This document shows, one piece after another, positions 1 through 11,559 of a stretch of DNA of 64,000 nucleotides. Numbering within the stretch: the first letter of the stretch is position 1; every line of letters begins with the position of its first letter. A model generated the notes under the pieces. It worked only from the letters and a program-made list of their open reading frames with translations, ran no database searches and was not told where the DNA came from. The translations under genes and the position numbers were made by a program. Origin of the DNA: the human T2T-CHM13v2.0 reference genome, Homo sapiens; the NCBI RefSeq assembly GCF_009914755.1, contig NC_060931.1. One strand, given 5' to 3'.

Positions 1-864
1 TGGCAAAATCTCAAGATTAATGTGCACCTACTAGCTCATTCCACCAAACTATTCAATACTTTCTTAGCTCAAACACCTAGCTTCCAATATCTCCACCGGT
101 TGTTCTGTTTACTCTCCAGTCTTGCCGGTCATTTCTGTGCCTCAGGAGAATCCTGGGCAGCCTGCCACCCTGCCTCCAGCCTTCACAGAGCTGCTGCAGT
201 ACACTGGTTAAAGGCCTAGAATCTGCAAAGAAATTTCTTCAGCATTCATGCCCTACCCCATGCCTTTAACATATGACATTTGAGCACTTAATGAAGACCT
301 TTAGGAGAGAATTGGAGAGTGAGTGCACACTCGTTCTATCACTGGAACGACATGAGATTGTAATCTATCATCCTGGTCCACACACAGGGGTGTCATTCGG
401 CAGGTCTCCCTTCGGCCCTGTTTATGGTGCATTCCTCCTTCTCCCACTGTTTTGTAGGTGATTAAAGCAACTCTAATTCTATTCTCTCTTAGGAAGCTCT
501 CCTTATCTTTTGGATTTAAGTGTACTTAAATTTGCGTCCTCATTTCTTTGATAAGTTTTTTAAAAATGTTTAAAAAAAAAAAACCTTCTCCAGCTTGTGT
601 TTGTTGTGAAGAAACAGTCTTTTATAACATAAATCCTAATTGGACTCTGTGTTTTCCTTATTTTATATTCGGAACACCTCCTCAAGGATTTCTGGACCCA
701 ATTCTCCTCTTTTCAGCAGCAGTGATGATCACTTAGCAAAAGAGTGAAAATACCCTCTTTTCCCCCCCTAACCAGTTAACTTTACTCACCGTCATCACTT
801 ATCTTTGTGTAGTAAAAGTTGAGGACAGAATTCACTCTTCCAAATTTAATACAGATATTCATGC

Positions 865-1068
865 CACAGTGGTTAATAGCTGTAGCTTTGCAGTCAAAAT
901 ATCCGAGTTCTAGTTGCTAGCTGTGTGGTCATGTGCAAGTCATAATACCTAGGATCCTCTATTTCCATTGTTTGAAATAAGATATGGGATAATAACAGAA
1001 CCTAATCCATAGCATTTCTATAAAAATTAGATGATATAAACTACTTTACACAATGCCTGGCACAACAA
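865..1068 (+). mobile_element. MIR SINE relic
   Basis: Degenerate match to the MIR core and 3' end (gctgtgtggtcatgtgcaagtca...atgggataataacag...acaatgcctggcaca). Confidence 0.6.
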
Positions 1069-2099
1069 ATTCATTCATTGGCCAAGTGTTATTGAACTCC
1101 TAAAATTATTCTTACTAGAAATTATGATTATGACAAAAACCCTACAAAAGATGACTTGAATATTTGGGAAAGAAAGTTTTAACACATGGGAAAGATTAGC
1201 TCCATGCAGGTGTGAAGCAAGATGAATGAGACAGAGGAAATATAGAAGATCCTGCCTAAGAAGGAGTACAGAGACATAACCAAGAGTTTCAGATAGGTAA
1301 GTTATTTGCAGAAATTAATAAAGACCTCTGCTTTTAAAATAATTGGAATGACAAAGATGTGTCAATAGAGTCAGGAGTTTACTGCCTGTGAATGTAAGTC
1401 AGGTGGCACAGCGGGAAATGGTAGTTTTGCTAATGGTAGTTTTGCTATGTATCTGGGGCACTATCTCTGAAAATCAGCCAGACAAACTTCAATCTTTTCA
1501 ATCCCTGGTTTCCAATGTAACCTATCCAGGTTTCTAACATAATCTGACCAGCATATCAGTGGAAGGGGGTGAGCTGAGAGAGACTTATATATTAACATTT
1601 GACAAATTATATGTTTCAAAATAATTATGTTCCTTTTCTGCTTATAATTTTTAACAGCTAATTTCTAGAAAAGTAATTTTTGCAAAATTTTTAGTTATGG
1701 CTGACTGCTATTAGGATTTGGGTGATTTACCATTAAAAGAGATAAAAGAGAATTGAAATGAGAGATAAGGCTGTTTTCAAGATTTAGTACAACCTAGAGA
1801 AATCCCTTAGCTTCAGCATCATACTAAATATAACCAGAAATCATTAAGAAAGAATGTTCTTCTATTCAAACTTATCCCAGACTGTTAAAATTACTGGCCT
1901 TTATATCTGATAGCACCTAGACCACTACTGAACTCGGAACTCAAGAAATCACTGTTAATCAAATAATTGGAAGCTTTTCAGAAAATTTTCCTTTCAAAAT
2001 GTGCTTCAATGAAAAATAAGGCATAGGAACAAATGTACCAAACATTCAATATCTGTCTTTAAAGTACTTCCTTGTTATATGGATGATAAATTTGTAATC

Positions 2100-2300
2100 A
2101 TAATATCTAATATTTACTGATTGCTCTGCAGGTATCAGCTCCCATCCATAACCCTTTGAGACAGACATTATTACTATCTTCATTTTGCAGATAATAAAAA
2201 TTAGGTATAAAGAAGGCTAAGTATTTTGCCCACTCTTACAGAGATTTTGTATATCTCTGTCAGGCTGGGCTCATTTTCAGGCCATATGGCTCCCAAGGCT
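2100..2300 (-). mobile_element. MIR SINE relic
   Basis: Antisense MIR core: attattactatcttcattttgcagataataaaaattaggtataaagaaggctaagtattttgccca. Confidence 0.5.
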
Positions 2301-3979
2301 GTGTTCCCAACCCTGCTACTGAACTGCTTCTTACAGCAACATTCTCCCAGGAAGACTTATTCCTATGTGAATTCCAGGAATTTGGATAAGGAACTGTGCT
2401 ATATGGCCAGCACGTTTTAAGTTAAATGATGAGGTTGAGAAAATACTAAATACTCCCTTAAGAATTAAAGAAAAAAGTAACTTTTTCACTTAAGAATAAT
2501 ATATATTACATTATAGAACCATTTGCCTATTTAACAATAATAAAGAAAAAACATCCATGCTCTCAAACTACAGGCAACTGTTTATATTTTGTATATTTCT
2601 TTCCATTTCAAGGCAGATATGTAATATATTTATATCTATATGTTATCTATATGTGAATATAGTTTACATCCTATTACAATACCTCATATCCTATACTTTG
2701 CATCCTGATTTTAATTTTATATCACTCCGCGTATAACAGCCTTATAAGATGGTTTTTACTGGCTTTATAAAAACTCAATAGATGGCTATTCCATAATTTT
2801 AAAAACTCAGTAATTCCAAGGGGAACATCATATCTCCACAGGTGGACTGTCAATAATTTTGAGAAAAATTTTCCCCCATGATTCTGATTTGTTTTAACCA
2901 ACCTATTAATTTTGAAATTTCAAACAGTGTTAATGGAAGACACCCTGACCCTTCCCTTTGGAAAATATGGGCTAAATAAAAGCGGTTGAAAAATAATGAT
3001 TTTATCAATGTCCCTTGTTGGACATTCAGTTTATTTAAATGGATACACCTCATACCCAAATCTTTTTAGAGTTCTCATTAGGTTTAGGATACTTCTGAAA
3101 GGGTGGAATTGCTGGACCAAACGATGTGAACATTTTAATAGTCTTGATACATATTGACTGTCTGCCAGAAAACTTAGGAGTTTTAAATCTCCGACAACAT
3201 TGTATGAGAAAGCTCATTATCTCACATATGGATCTACAGTAATCCTCTTAAATTGTATATCGTTCTGACTTGTATTTCCTACTTTTACATAGCTTCATTT
3301 CCCAATTCCTGTTAGAATTCCCTGATTCTAACAGGATCACACTGATCCTGTTAGAAGAGAGAAATATATGACTCTCACTTCCTTGCTCCTGTGACTGTAA
3401 GAATGCCTACCATTCATTAAACGTTAAACTCTCCGCAGGAATGAGACTAGAGTGCCCTTAATATTATTACCGGCATCTCATTGATCCCTCAAAACGACTC
3501 CTTGTCGTTGTTCTTATCTTCTAAGTGAAATGACCTAGACGTTGGGGGAGGGCAGCCCCAACCCACAGCGAAGAGCTTAAGTACTGGGATCCGAGACGGG
3601 ATTTCACACACCTGTAACTAGCACCAGAGTTAAGGGGTAGGGAGGGGCAGCGTGGGCAAAGCAAAACGAAACCGAGCAAAAACAAAAACTACGGCCTTGC
3701 CGCTTGCTGTCTCCTTCTAGTTGGCCAGTTTCTAAATTAAAATAGAGGTAGCTTTGCTGCTGTCAGCGGCGTGTGTACGGACCAGTTTATTCCATTCCTA
3801 AGGACCAGACTGTCAGCGACAACTCGCATTGCGTGAGCGAGGAGGCTGCTCAGCTGAAAGCTGAGGCAGATGGTGCACATTTATACCCTTTGCAAAAGGA
3901 AATGGTCTGATATGGGAAATAGGAGGAGCGACTGTTCCTAGGTAATTCGTGGCTACAGTGGACACTTTGAAGTCTGGGG

Positions 3980-4620
3980 GACGCGAAGGTAATGAAACCT
4001 GAAGAGCGCACAATCTCACACGATCGACGCCTCTGGGCTCAAACAGGAGGAAGAAGGACGCATGCGTCACGCGCACGCCAGGGGTGTCCCTCCGGGAGCG
4101 CTCTGCGCAGGCGCGGACGCAGGTTACAGCAGCGCTTGGCCTCTGCTGATGCCGTCGTTATCCTACCCCTCCCCCGTCCCAGCTCTACGGCGGCCGCGCG
4201 CTCCAGGCCGGTCGCTCCACCCCCCGGCTCCCGGGACTGTGGACTCCACGACCCTGTCCTCGGCCCTGTCCGCGCCGAAGCAGCCCGGGACTGCGCAGCG
4301 CCCCGCGTGCCGGTGAGCGACCCCGGACGTGCAGTCCCCAGGTCCCCTTCCGGAGCGAGGCTGAGCGGCTGCGCCGCGGCTTGAGCCGGGCCTGACAAGG
4401 AGGGGAGGCCGCTGGGGTGCTGGGCCAGCCGCAGGTACGGCGGCGGTCAGGGCTGGTGATCGAGTTGCTGTGTCGCCTCTAATGAGGCCCAGCCAGGGAA
4501 CACTCGGCTTCGGCCCAAGCCCGACCTCTGGGTTGCCTCTAGGCCCTCACACCTTGAGCGCCAGGTGGCCCTCTTCCTTTTGCTGTTGATGAATGTTCTT
4601 GCCGTGGTGCCGGGATCTTA
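3980..4620. promoter_or_regulatory. TMEM106B: CpG island / TATA-less promoter of TMEM106B
   Basis: Sharp GC- and CpG-rich block in an AT-rich window. Contains NRF1-like motifs (GACGCATGCGTC 4057-4068; TGCGCAGGCGC 4104-4114) and a strong donor at 4313. Confidence 0.9.
4110..4312 (+). other. TMEM106B: TMEM106B non-coding exon 1 (5' boundary approximate; TSSs probably spread over about 4110-4185)
   Basis: Ends at CCG|GTGAGC (GT 4313-4314) inside the CpG island. Splicing to the acceptor at 7698 gives a strong Kozak context gccgacATGG. Confidence 0.8.
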
Positions 4621-6692
4621 TTTTGCAGCTTTACAGAGTAGGCTTTGTGCTAGGTGTTGTTTATGGAGCTTTTCAAAGGCGCTTGTTTCCTTAGTTCTCA
4701 AGCCCTTTTAGAACTAAAACCAGTGTCTACACAGAAGATCAGGAGCCATTTAAATTGGAGTGCTGTGATATATTTTTTCTCTCCAAACTGAGTCTGATAT
4801 CCATGTTGACTTTCAGTAAAGTAAGGAACCGCTATAATAAATAACACTGAGCCCACAGAGGTTGCAGAAGAGGGTCTAGCACCCCTTTTTTAAACCATTG
4901 AGTCTCCCAAGAATAAAAGTGGTTACACTTGACAGTTCTCTAAGGAAAATCTAGTAGAGAAGGCAAGGGATTCCCAGTTTCTCACACAGTCTGGCACTTG
5001 TCCAAACACCTACCCTAAAGCAGAATCGATCATGGCAGCTATTAGATTAGCACAGAAAACAGGCTCAAACGGAGAGCCACTTGAGTTTGCCTTTCTGTGT
5101 CTTTTTTCTCAACGCGCTCCAGTTAAGATGCAGCTTACAGCCTGGCTGTGTTGACTGAGATCCCAGAAAGAGTGCCCTTAAGGCCTTGCTGATAAGGCCC
5201 AATGATCCCAATTCATCTAGTGTTCCGCATAGACCCCAAGGTTACAGTGTGTGGGGACAGTGATGTTAAGTCTTCCCTATCCTACCTGTGGCTGACAGGT
5301 GTTGATTAAGACAATGATTTTTTAGAAGTCATAAATCATTTGTATTTTTGATGTGGGCAGTGATTTTTATAAATACATAGTTTTTTTTTTTTGAAAGAGT
5401 GAAAATCTCATTTTACATTTGTTTGCATACCATTTGTATAGTTTTTTAAATTCTGTTTATTTGAGTGACAGCAACAAGTGGATGGCATGCGAATTTTATT
5501 TATTTTTTTATCTTTGTATTTATTTTGTGTATATTCATGGAGTACAAGTGCCATTTGCTACATTGATACACAACATCCTGGTGAAGTCAGAGCCCTTAGT
5601 GCATCCAGCACTGGAGCAACACACATTGTACCCACCAAGCAGGCTCCTATCAGGCATGCCAGTTCTAGAAAGTAAAATTTTCTTCATACTCTAGGATGAA
5701 CTGACTTACTTGGAATGTCTGTTTTGTTTAATCAAATAAGTGAGAATTTTTGAAAGAAATACTATCTGTCTGAATGTATGTAATCTATTTTTAGGAACCG
5801 GTAAAAGACATATCAAATTTAGAAGGAGTATAATTATGTTATTTTTCAGTTTTACTTTTTCACTTTATTTTTTCTCAGGATATAAGCAGGAAAATACCAG
5901 CAGGGTGTATTATATGACTATTAAGTTCTTTTCAGCTTTAAAAGGGTATGACCTTAAGTATAAAGTTACTTCATTATCTACCTGCAGAAGTTATTTTTGT
6001 GGAGGCACTAGTACTAATTATTTATTTCTACTTAGATTTTTACATTTGTATTGTTATTTTGATACTCTTATCCTAAAATTTTTGAAGTTAGTGTTCTAAA
6101 TTTTGCTGCTTTGTATTGGTAACTTATATTTAATATTTTGGAACATTGGCTTCGTAATTTTAACTCTGTCAACTGTTGAATGAAAAAAAAACTGTGATTT
6201 TGGAATTTTGGGGCTTTTTATTGTTGTTGCGAGTGTTTAAATGTTTAAAGCAAGAAATTTAAGGATGGAAAAGAGTGGTGATTGTATTTATCACAAAGGT
6301 GCGTGAATTTTCCGAGGCTGAAACGTACTACTTTGAAGTTACTTGGTGATGTACATCAAATACCTAGTTATCGTCTACCCAAAGCAATTTTTGCCTTTAG
6401 TGCTAACTAGTTAAAAGGTAGAATGTATTTTTATTTTATTCTAAGAAAAATGAAACCTGCATGTTTCTTTTCAGAGAACCTGCAGGTGTAGACTTTTGTC
6501 AAATGTTAATGTTTGAAAGCCCATTCTCATCATAAGCATGATAGGACATCATTTCACATTATTTGTTTAAAAAAACACTTCTGGACTCTAGTAAATGGCT
6601 CCTTTGTTTCAGACATTATTTTGACTGGATATAACCCTAATCCAAAAGGTATAATCCAAAAGGTAGTTTGAACATTCTCTTAATGTTTGTTC

Positions 6693-7607
6693 TGTAAACC
6701 AAAAATAAAATTCTGAGCCCCCCAACTAAGTGGAACCCGCTTCTCTGTCAAGGGCATTCCAAAGTAAACCTAAAAAGGTAGTTCAGGCCATGATGAAAAG
6801 GTGGGCGGAGGGGATTGAACATGCCTCGTTGTACCTTCCTCTCTTTGGAATTCAGGCACAACTGACCAGCATCAATTAAAACAGAGATTTGAAGACTAAC
6901 AAGAGTCTCTTTGTAGCAATAAGATATCAAATCCCAACCTGACTCTAATATAGAATCACTCGACAGATAGCAGGCCCTGAGAGAAATTGAAATATCTTAC
7001 CCCAAAATATATTTCTTTGAAATGGCCTTGCAAAGCTGTCTCTCGTGGGGAAGATCCACATTCTGTACAGAATCCCCTTTCCTTTCCAGATCTTTTCCTA
7101 ATTCAGCAGCGATTTAACCAAGAGCCTGGCATATTTTAAGGAATAATAAGAGACACTTACAAACTATTCTCTCTGAAGCCTGCTACCTGGAGGCATCATC
7201 TAGATAATCAGAACCTTGGCTTCCACATCCTCCTCCCTTGTCTTAACTACAAACATTTCTTTCTGCTGACTTCAGCTCCTCAGGTAGAGTTTAACCGTTT
7301 CAACCAATTGCCATTAGGAAATCTTTAAATCCACCTATGCACCTATGACCTGGACACCCCCCAGCCTTCCACCCCTGCTTCAAAATGTCCTGCTTTTCTG
7401 GGCTGAATTAATGTATACCTTACATCTATTGATTTATGCCTCTGCCTGTAATTTCTGTCTCCAAAATGTATAATCAAGCTGTAACCCAACTACCTTGAGG
7501 ACATTTTCTCAGGACCTGTTGAGACTGTGCCTCAGGCCTTGTTCACTCATTTTTGGCTCCGAATAAATCCCTTCAAATATTTTACAGAGTTTGACTGTTC
7601 CTTGACT
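6693..7607 (+). mobile_element. Solo ERV1 LTR, MER4 family (MER4D/E-like), in sense orientation
   Basis: Begins TGTAAACCAAAAATAAAATTCTGAGCCCCCCAAC and ends AATAAATCCCTTCAAATATTTTACAGAGTTTGAC... Flanked by a 4-bp TSD GTTC (6689-6692 and 7608-7611). Confidence 0.8.
7090..7283 (+). other. TMEM106B: Alternative non-coding exon 2 of TMEM106B (194 nt, LTR-derived)
   Basis: Acceptor ccccttttcctttccag|A (AG 7088-7089) and donor CAG|GTAGAG (GT 7284-7285). No ATG inside. Matches my recollection of the 5'UTR of the 9-exon transcript. Confidence 0.75.
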
Positions 7608-7678
7608 GTTCTAAATTAATTAGTGTAAATATCTCAGAGTGTTCTTGAATGTACTTTTTTCCCTGAAGTTTACTGTAA

Positions 7679-8017
<339 letters not shown>

Positions 8018-8290
8018 TAGAATTAAAGTTGAAACATCATATCAGTTACCTTCAGTCAAAAAGATGCAAAAGAAACAAATAAAGTATTAATTAAGGTTCC
8101 TAAAGCAGTAAAGAAAACCACCTCACTACCTCCAGTATTTTTTCATTCCCACCTGCTATTATAGCAGATATTCACTGTCTTGTAAATGAAAACTTTTAGT
8201 CTTATTTGGCATCTGTAGAGATGACATCATAGTTACTTGCTACTTTGCTATATCAGATGTTAGAAGCAATTTAAGTAATTTGTTGACCTA

Positions 8291-8425
8291 TTTTTTTTTT
8301 TTTTTTAAGAGATGAGATCTCGCAATTGTTGGCCAGGCTGGTCTTGAACTCCTGTCCTCAAGCAATCCTCCCACCTCGGCTTCCCAGAGTGCTAGGATTA
8401 TAGCAGTAAGCCACCATGCCCAGCC
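8291..8425 (-). mobile_element. Alu left monomer (FLAM/AluJ-like)
   Basis: Poly-T followed by antisense Alu left-arm sequence ending gccaccatgcccagcc. Confidence 0.8.
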
Positions 8426-8474
8426 AGAGTTAATGTGTAAGGAAGCTTATTCTTTCATGTTATTTTTAAAATTT

Positions 8475-8606
8475 TATTTTTTTAATAATAAGGATGGAGT
8501 TTCCCCATGTTTCCCAGGATGATGTCGAATTCTTGGGCTCAAGCGATCATCCAGCCTTGGCCTCCCAAAGTGTTAGAATTACAGCTGTGAGCCACCACGC
8601 CTGGCC
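8475..8606 (-). mobile_element. Second Alu left monomer (FLAM/AluJ-like)
   Basis: Antisense left-arm sequence ending gagccaccacgcctggcc. Confidence 0.75.
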
Positions 8607-9039
8607 AACCTAATATTTTTAATTCATTATCTAAAGAAGAAGAATAAGCTGGCTGTGCCCTAATGAGTTAAAGAAACTCTGTGAAGAGGGATGGTATGTG
8701 AAAATGAGCCAAATTGAAAAAAAAAAATTGTTTGTGATATATCATAGGGGACGTCAGAAGGAAATAATCCCCTATGTGCTGCTTGTAAGCTACTTTAGGA
8801 ACAGTGGCAATAAGTAGAAATAATAAAGATACTTTATGCTGTTCTCATTATCTTCTTGGTGAAAGTTGATGTGTGACCCTGGAGATACCCAGAGGGAAGA
8901 AGGTCAAAGTATAAAGTATACTTTGTATACATTTTTAAGATGCTTAAAATGTATCTTAAAATGCTGTGGGTTTGAATTGAAGTTTACATTTGCGTTGGCC
9001 TTTGAGTATGATGGTTTTATTTTCACAAGGATAGTAGCT

Positions 9040-10520
9040 ACTTAAGAATAAAATAATTATTGTAGTTGAAGGGATTAATGCACCAGGCTCAGGGGGTAGG
9101 GGAGTACTGTTTTAGCAGTCTGGTTACATTTTTGAGGTATGACCAGTAAACTTTTTTGGCCGCCTGGATACAGATTATGGAAAGTAGGAAATCAAGGATG
9201 ACTCCAGAGTTTTTTTGGGGGGGTTTGTTTGAGCAACTGAAAGAATGTAGTAGCAATTTATTAAAATTGAAAAAAAAAGATTATTTGAGTGTATATGTCA
9301 CAGGAGAGTTCAGGAGCTCAAGTTTAGACATGGATATTTGGAGATGCCTATTTGACGTGGAAGTGGATATGTTCATTAGGCAGTTAGTTATCATAAGGGT
9401 CAGGAATTCAATTGCAGCGCCCAGCCTCAAGTTACCAATGTATAGATGACACTTAAAGCTCAGCTGGATGACAGCAGCAAGCTAGTCAGTGCAGATGGCA
9501 AAAATGAGACCCTAGCGAATCCTGAGACACTGTAGCATATCAAGGTCAGTGAAAGAATTAACAAAGGACCCTGAGAAAGAAAAGTTAGAATGAGAGGAGG
9601 AAATCATTGTGTGTGGTATCATGGAAGATAAGTGAAGAAAGTGTACCAAGGAGGAAAGAGTGACCAACTGTCATATGCTACTGATAGATTGGGTAGTGTG
9701 AAGACTGAGAACTGGCCATTGGATTTGGTTATATGGAGGCCACAGAAGAGTTTAAAAGAGCGGTTTTGGTAAAGACGTGTAGCATGTATAGAGTGGGCTC
9801 AGGAGTGCACAGGAGATGTTACATAGAGAGAAAATAGATTTTCTGAGGGGTTTGGCTCCATAGCAGAGAGAAGAGAGGTAGTCATTAGAAGGGGCTGTGA
9901 GGTCAGGAGAGGGATTTTTTTTTTCTTTGTAAGATAGAGTGAATAATAGACAGTTGTATACTGATGAGAATTATCTGTAGAGAAAACATTGGTAATTCGG
10001 GAGATAAGAGAATTATTGGAGCAATGTTCTTGAATAGACAGAAGGGCAGATCTACTGCACAAGAACAAAGAGCTGCTCTTTTTTTCTATAAAAGGTAAGT
10101 TATAAGCACAGGTGGTTTATTCTTGGTAATAAAAGAGAAGGTAAAGTATGGACACAGAAGCAGGTAGGTGGATAGATCTGATAATAGAAGCTTGTAGAAA
10201 TTATCTTCCATTTATCACATAATGAACTAAGAATGAGGATAGCGAAGAAGATATTAAAGATTTGAAGAGAGTTGAAGTTATAAAATTGTGGTCTTGGAGA
10301 GTCAGCTTGAGAGTATGAACTTGGGAAATGTAGTATGATTGTTGACATCATTAAGTGCTACTTGACATGAGTGATCAAAAATGAAACCAGTGAGTGTAGT
10401 TGTGTGTTTTTCTGTGTCCATGTTTAGCTGTGTTGATATATGCATAGGAGCCAGAGGGTTGGTTTTAACCAGGGTTGTAGTTTTAGCCAGATGAATACCA
10501 CTAAACAAGGTGAGATATGT
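9040..10520 (-). mobile_element. L2 LINE relic (boundaries approximate)
   Basis: Purine-rich antisense L2 motifs such as ggagatgcctatttgacgtggaagtggatatg and gtgaagactgagaactggccattggatttgg. Confidence 0.55.
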
Positions 10521-11316
10521 AAACACACAAAGATACAGATATCCATGTTATATGTATTTGTATAATTATATATGGGTGTGATGGGGGAGCACAGATGAGA
10601 GGAAGAGTATAGATGTGTCGGGGGAAATAACAGAAGCATTTTAGAAAGCTTTTAAAGAGAACTTGACTATCTGATACCTTAATAGTTAATATGATAAGCC
10701 AACTTCTAATAAGATTATAAAATTGGCATTTAAAGGTCCATTTATCCTTTAAACTTATGGATATAGCTCAACCCAAGAAAGAAATCATGGATTTTGAAGT
10801 GACTTTAACGTGGATTGGGGTGAGACCTGAAAGGGCCCTGGAAGGCTCATTATGTAGGGGGCTCTTAAAGCTTGAGACTTCTACTTCAGAGGCCGGTTTT
10901 GGTTTTCAAGGGGGACAATGTCAGAAGCTCTGCAGTGATAGAGATGATAGAGGTTTCAGGAAAGGGCGATACCAATATGTTTCTTCTTCTATCATCCAGA
11001 CAACCAAATCAGAGTCTTAATGGACACCAGTGAAGCTGAAGGAAGGCCTGGTAAATTTAGCTCTTCTGAAAGCTAGGACTTAGATTTTTTTTAGTGGAAG
11101 AAAAAGTAAGCCCTCATTTGTTATACTTTTTTTTTTTTTTTTTTAGCTAGACATTTACGTGTGAAAAAACACGCTGTCTTCTCTAGAACTTCTGCTGGGT
11201 ACTTTCTGAAGACTTAGCAATTTACTAAAGGAAAGAGATGAGTGCCAGATGATATTCTGGTCTTTCCAAACCAGATTGTGATGGGGAGCCATTATATTTT
11301 TAACTAATCATAGTAA

Positions 11317-11409
<93 letters not shown>

Positions 11410-11559
11410 TAAGTGATTCTAAGAATATGGCAGTGTTTTATGTTTTATTTTTGTTTTTTGTATTTTTTCAAATTATGTATAATAACTAGTTAAAACTATT
11501 AAAAGAAAAAATGCTGTCACGTAGTTAAATTATGTCATCATATGCTTTGTATCCTTAAA

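Noticed and set aside
4066-4075. GTCACGCGCA as a CLEAR/TFEB element
   Set aside because: It lacks the CACGTG core.
3813-4398. Several 84-130 aa ORFs on both strands of the CpG island
   Set aside because: GC-rich sequence has few stop codons, and the peptides are low-complexity (R/A/P/G). Only the ATG at 4149 is kept, as a uORF hypothesis.
8291-8606. Two Alu monomers as a dsRNA hairpin
   Set aside because: Both are in the same orientation, so they cannot pair with each other.
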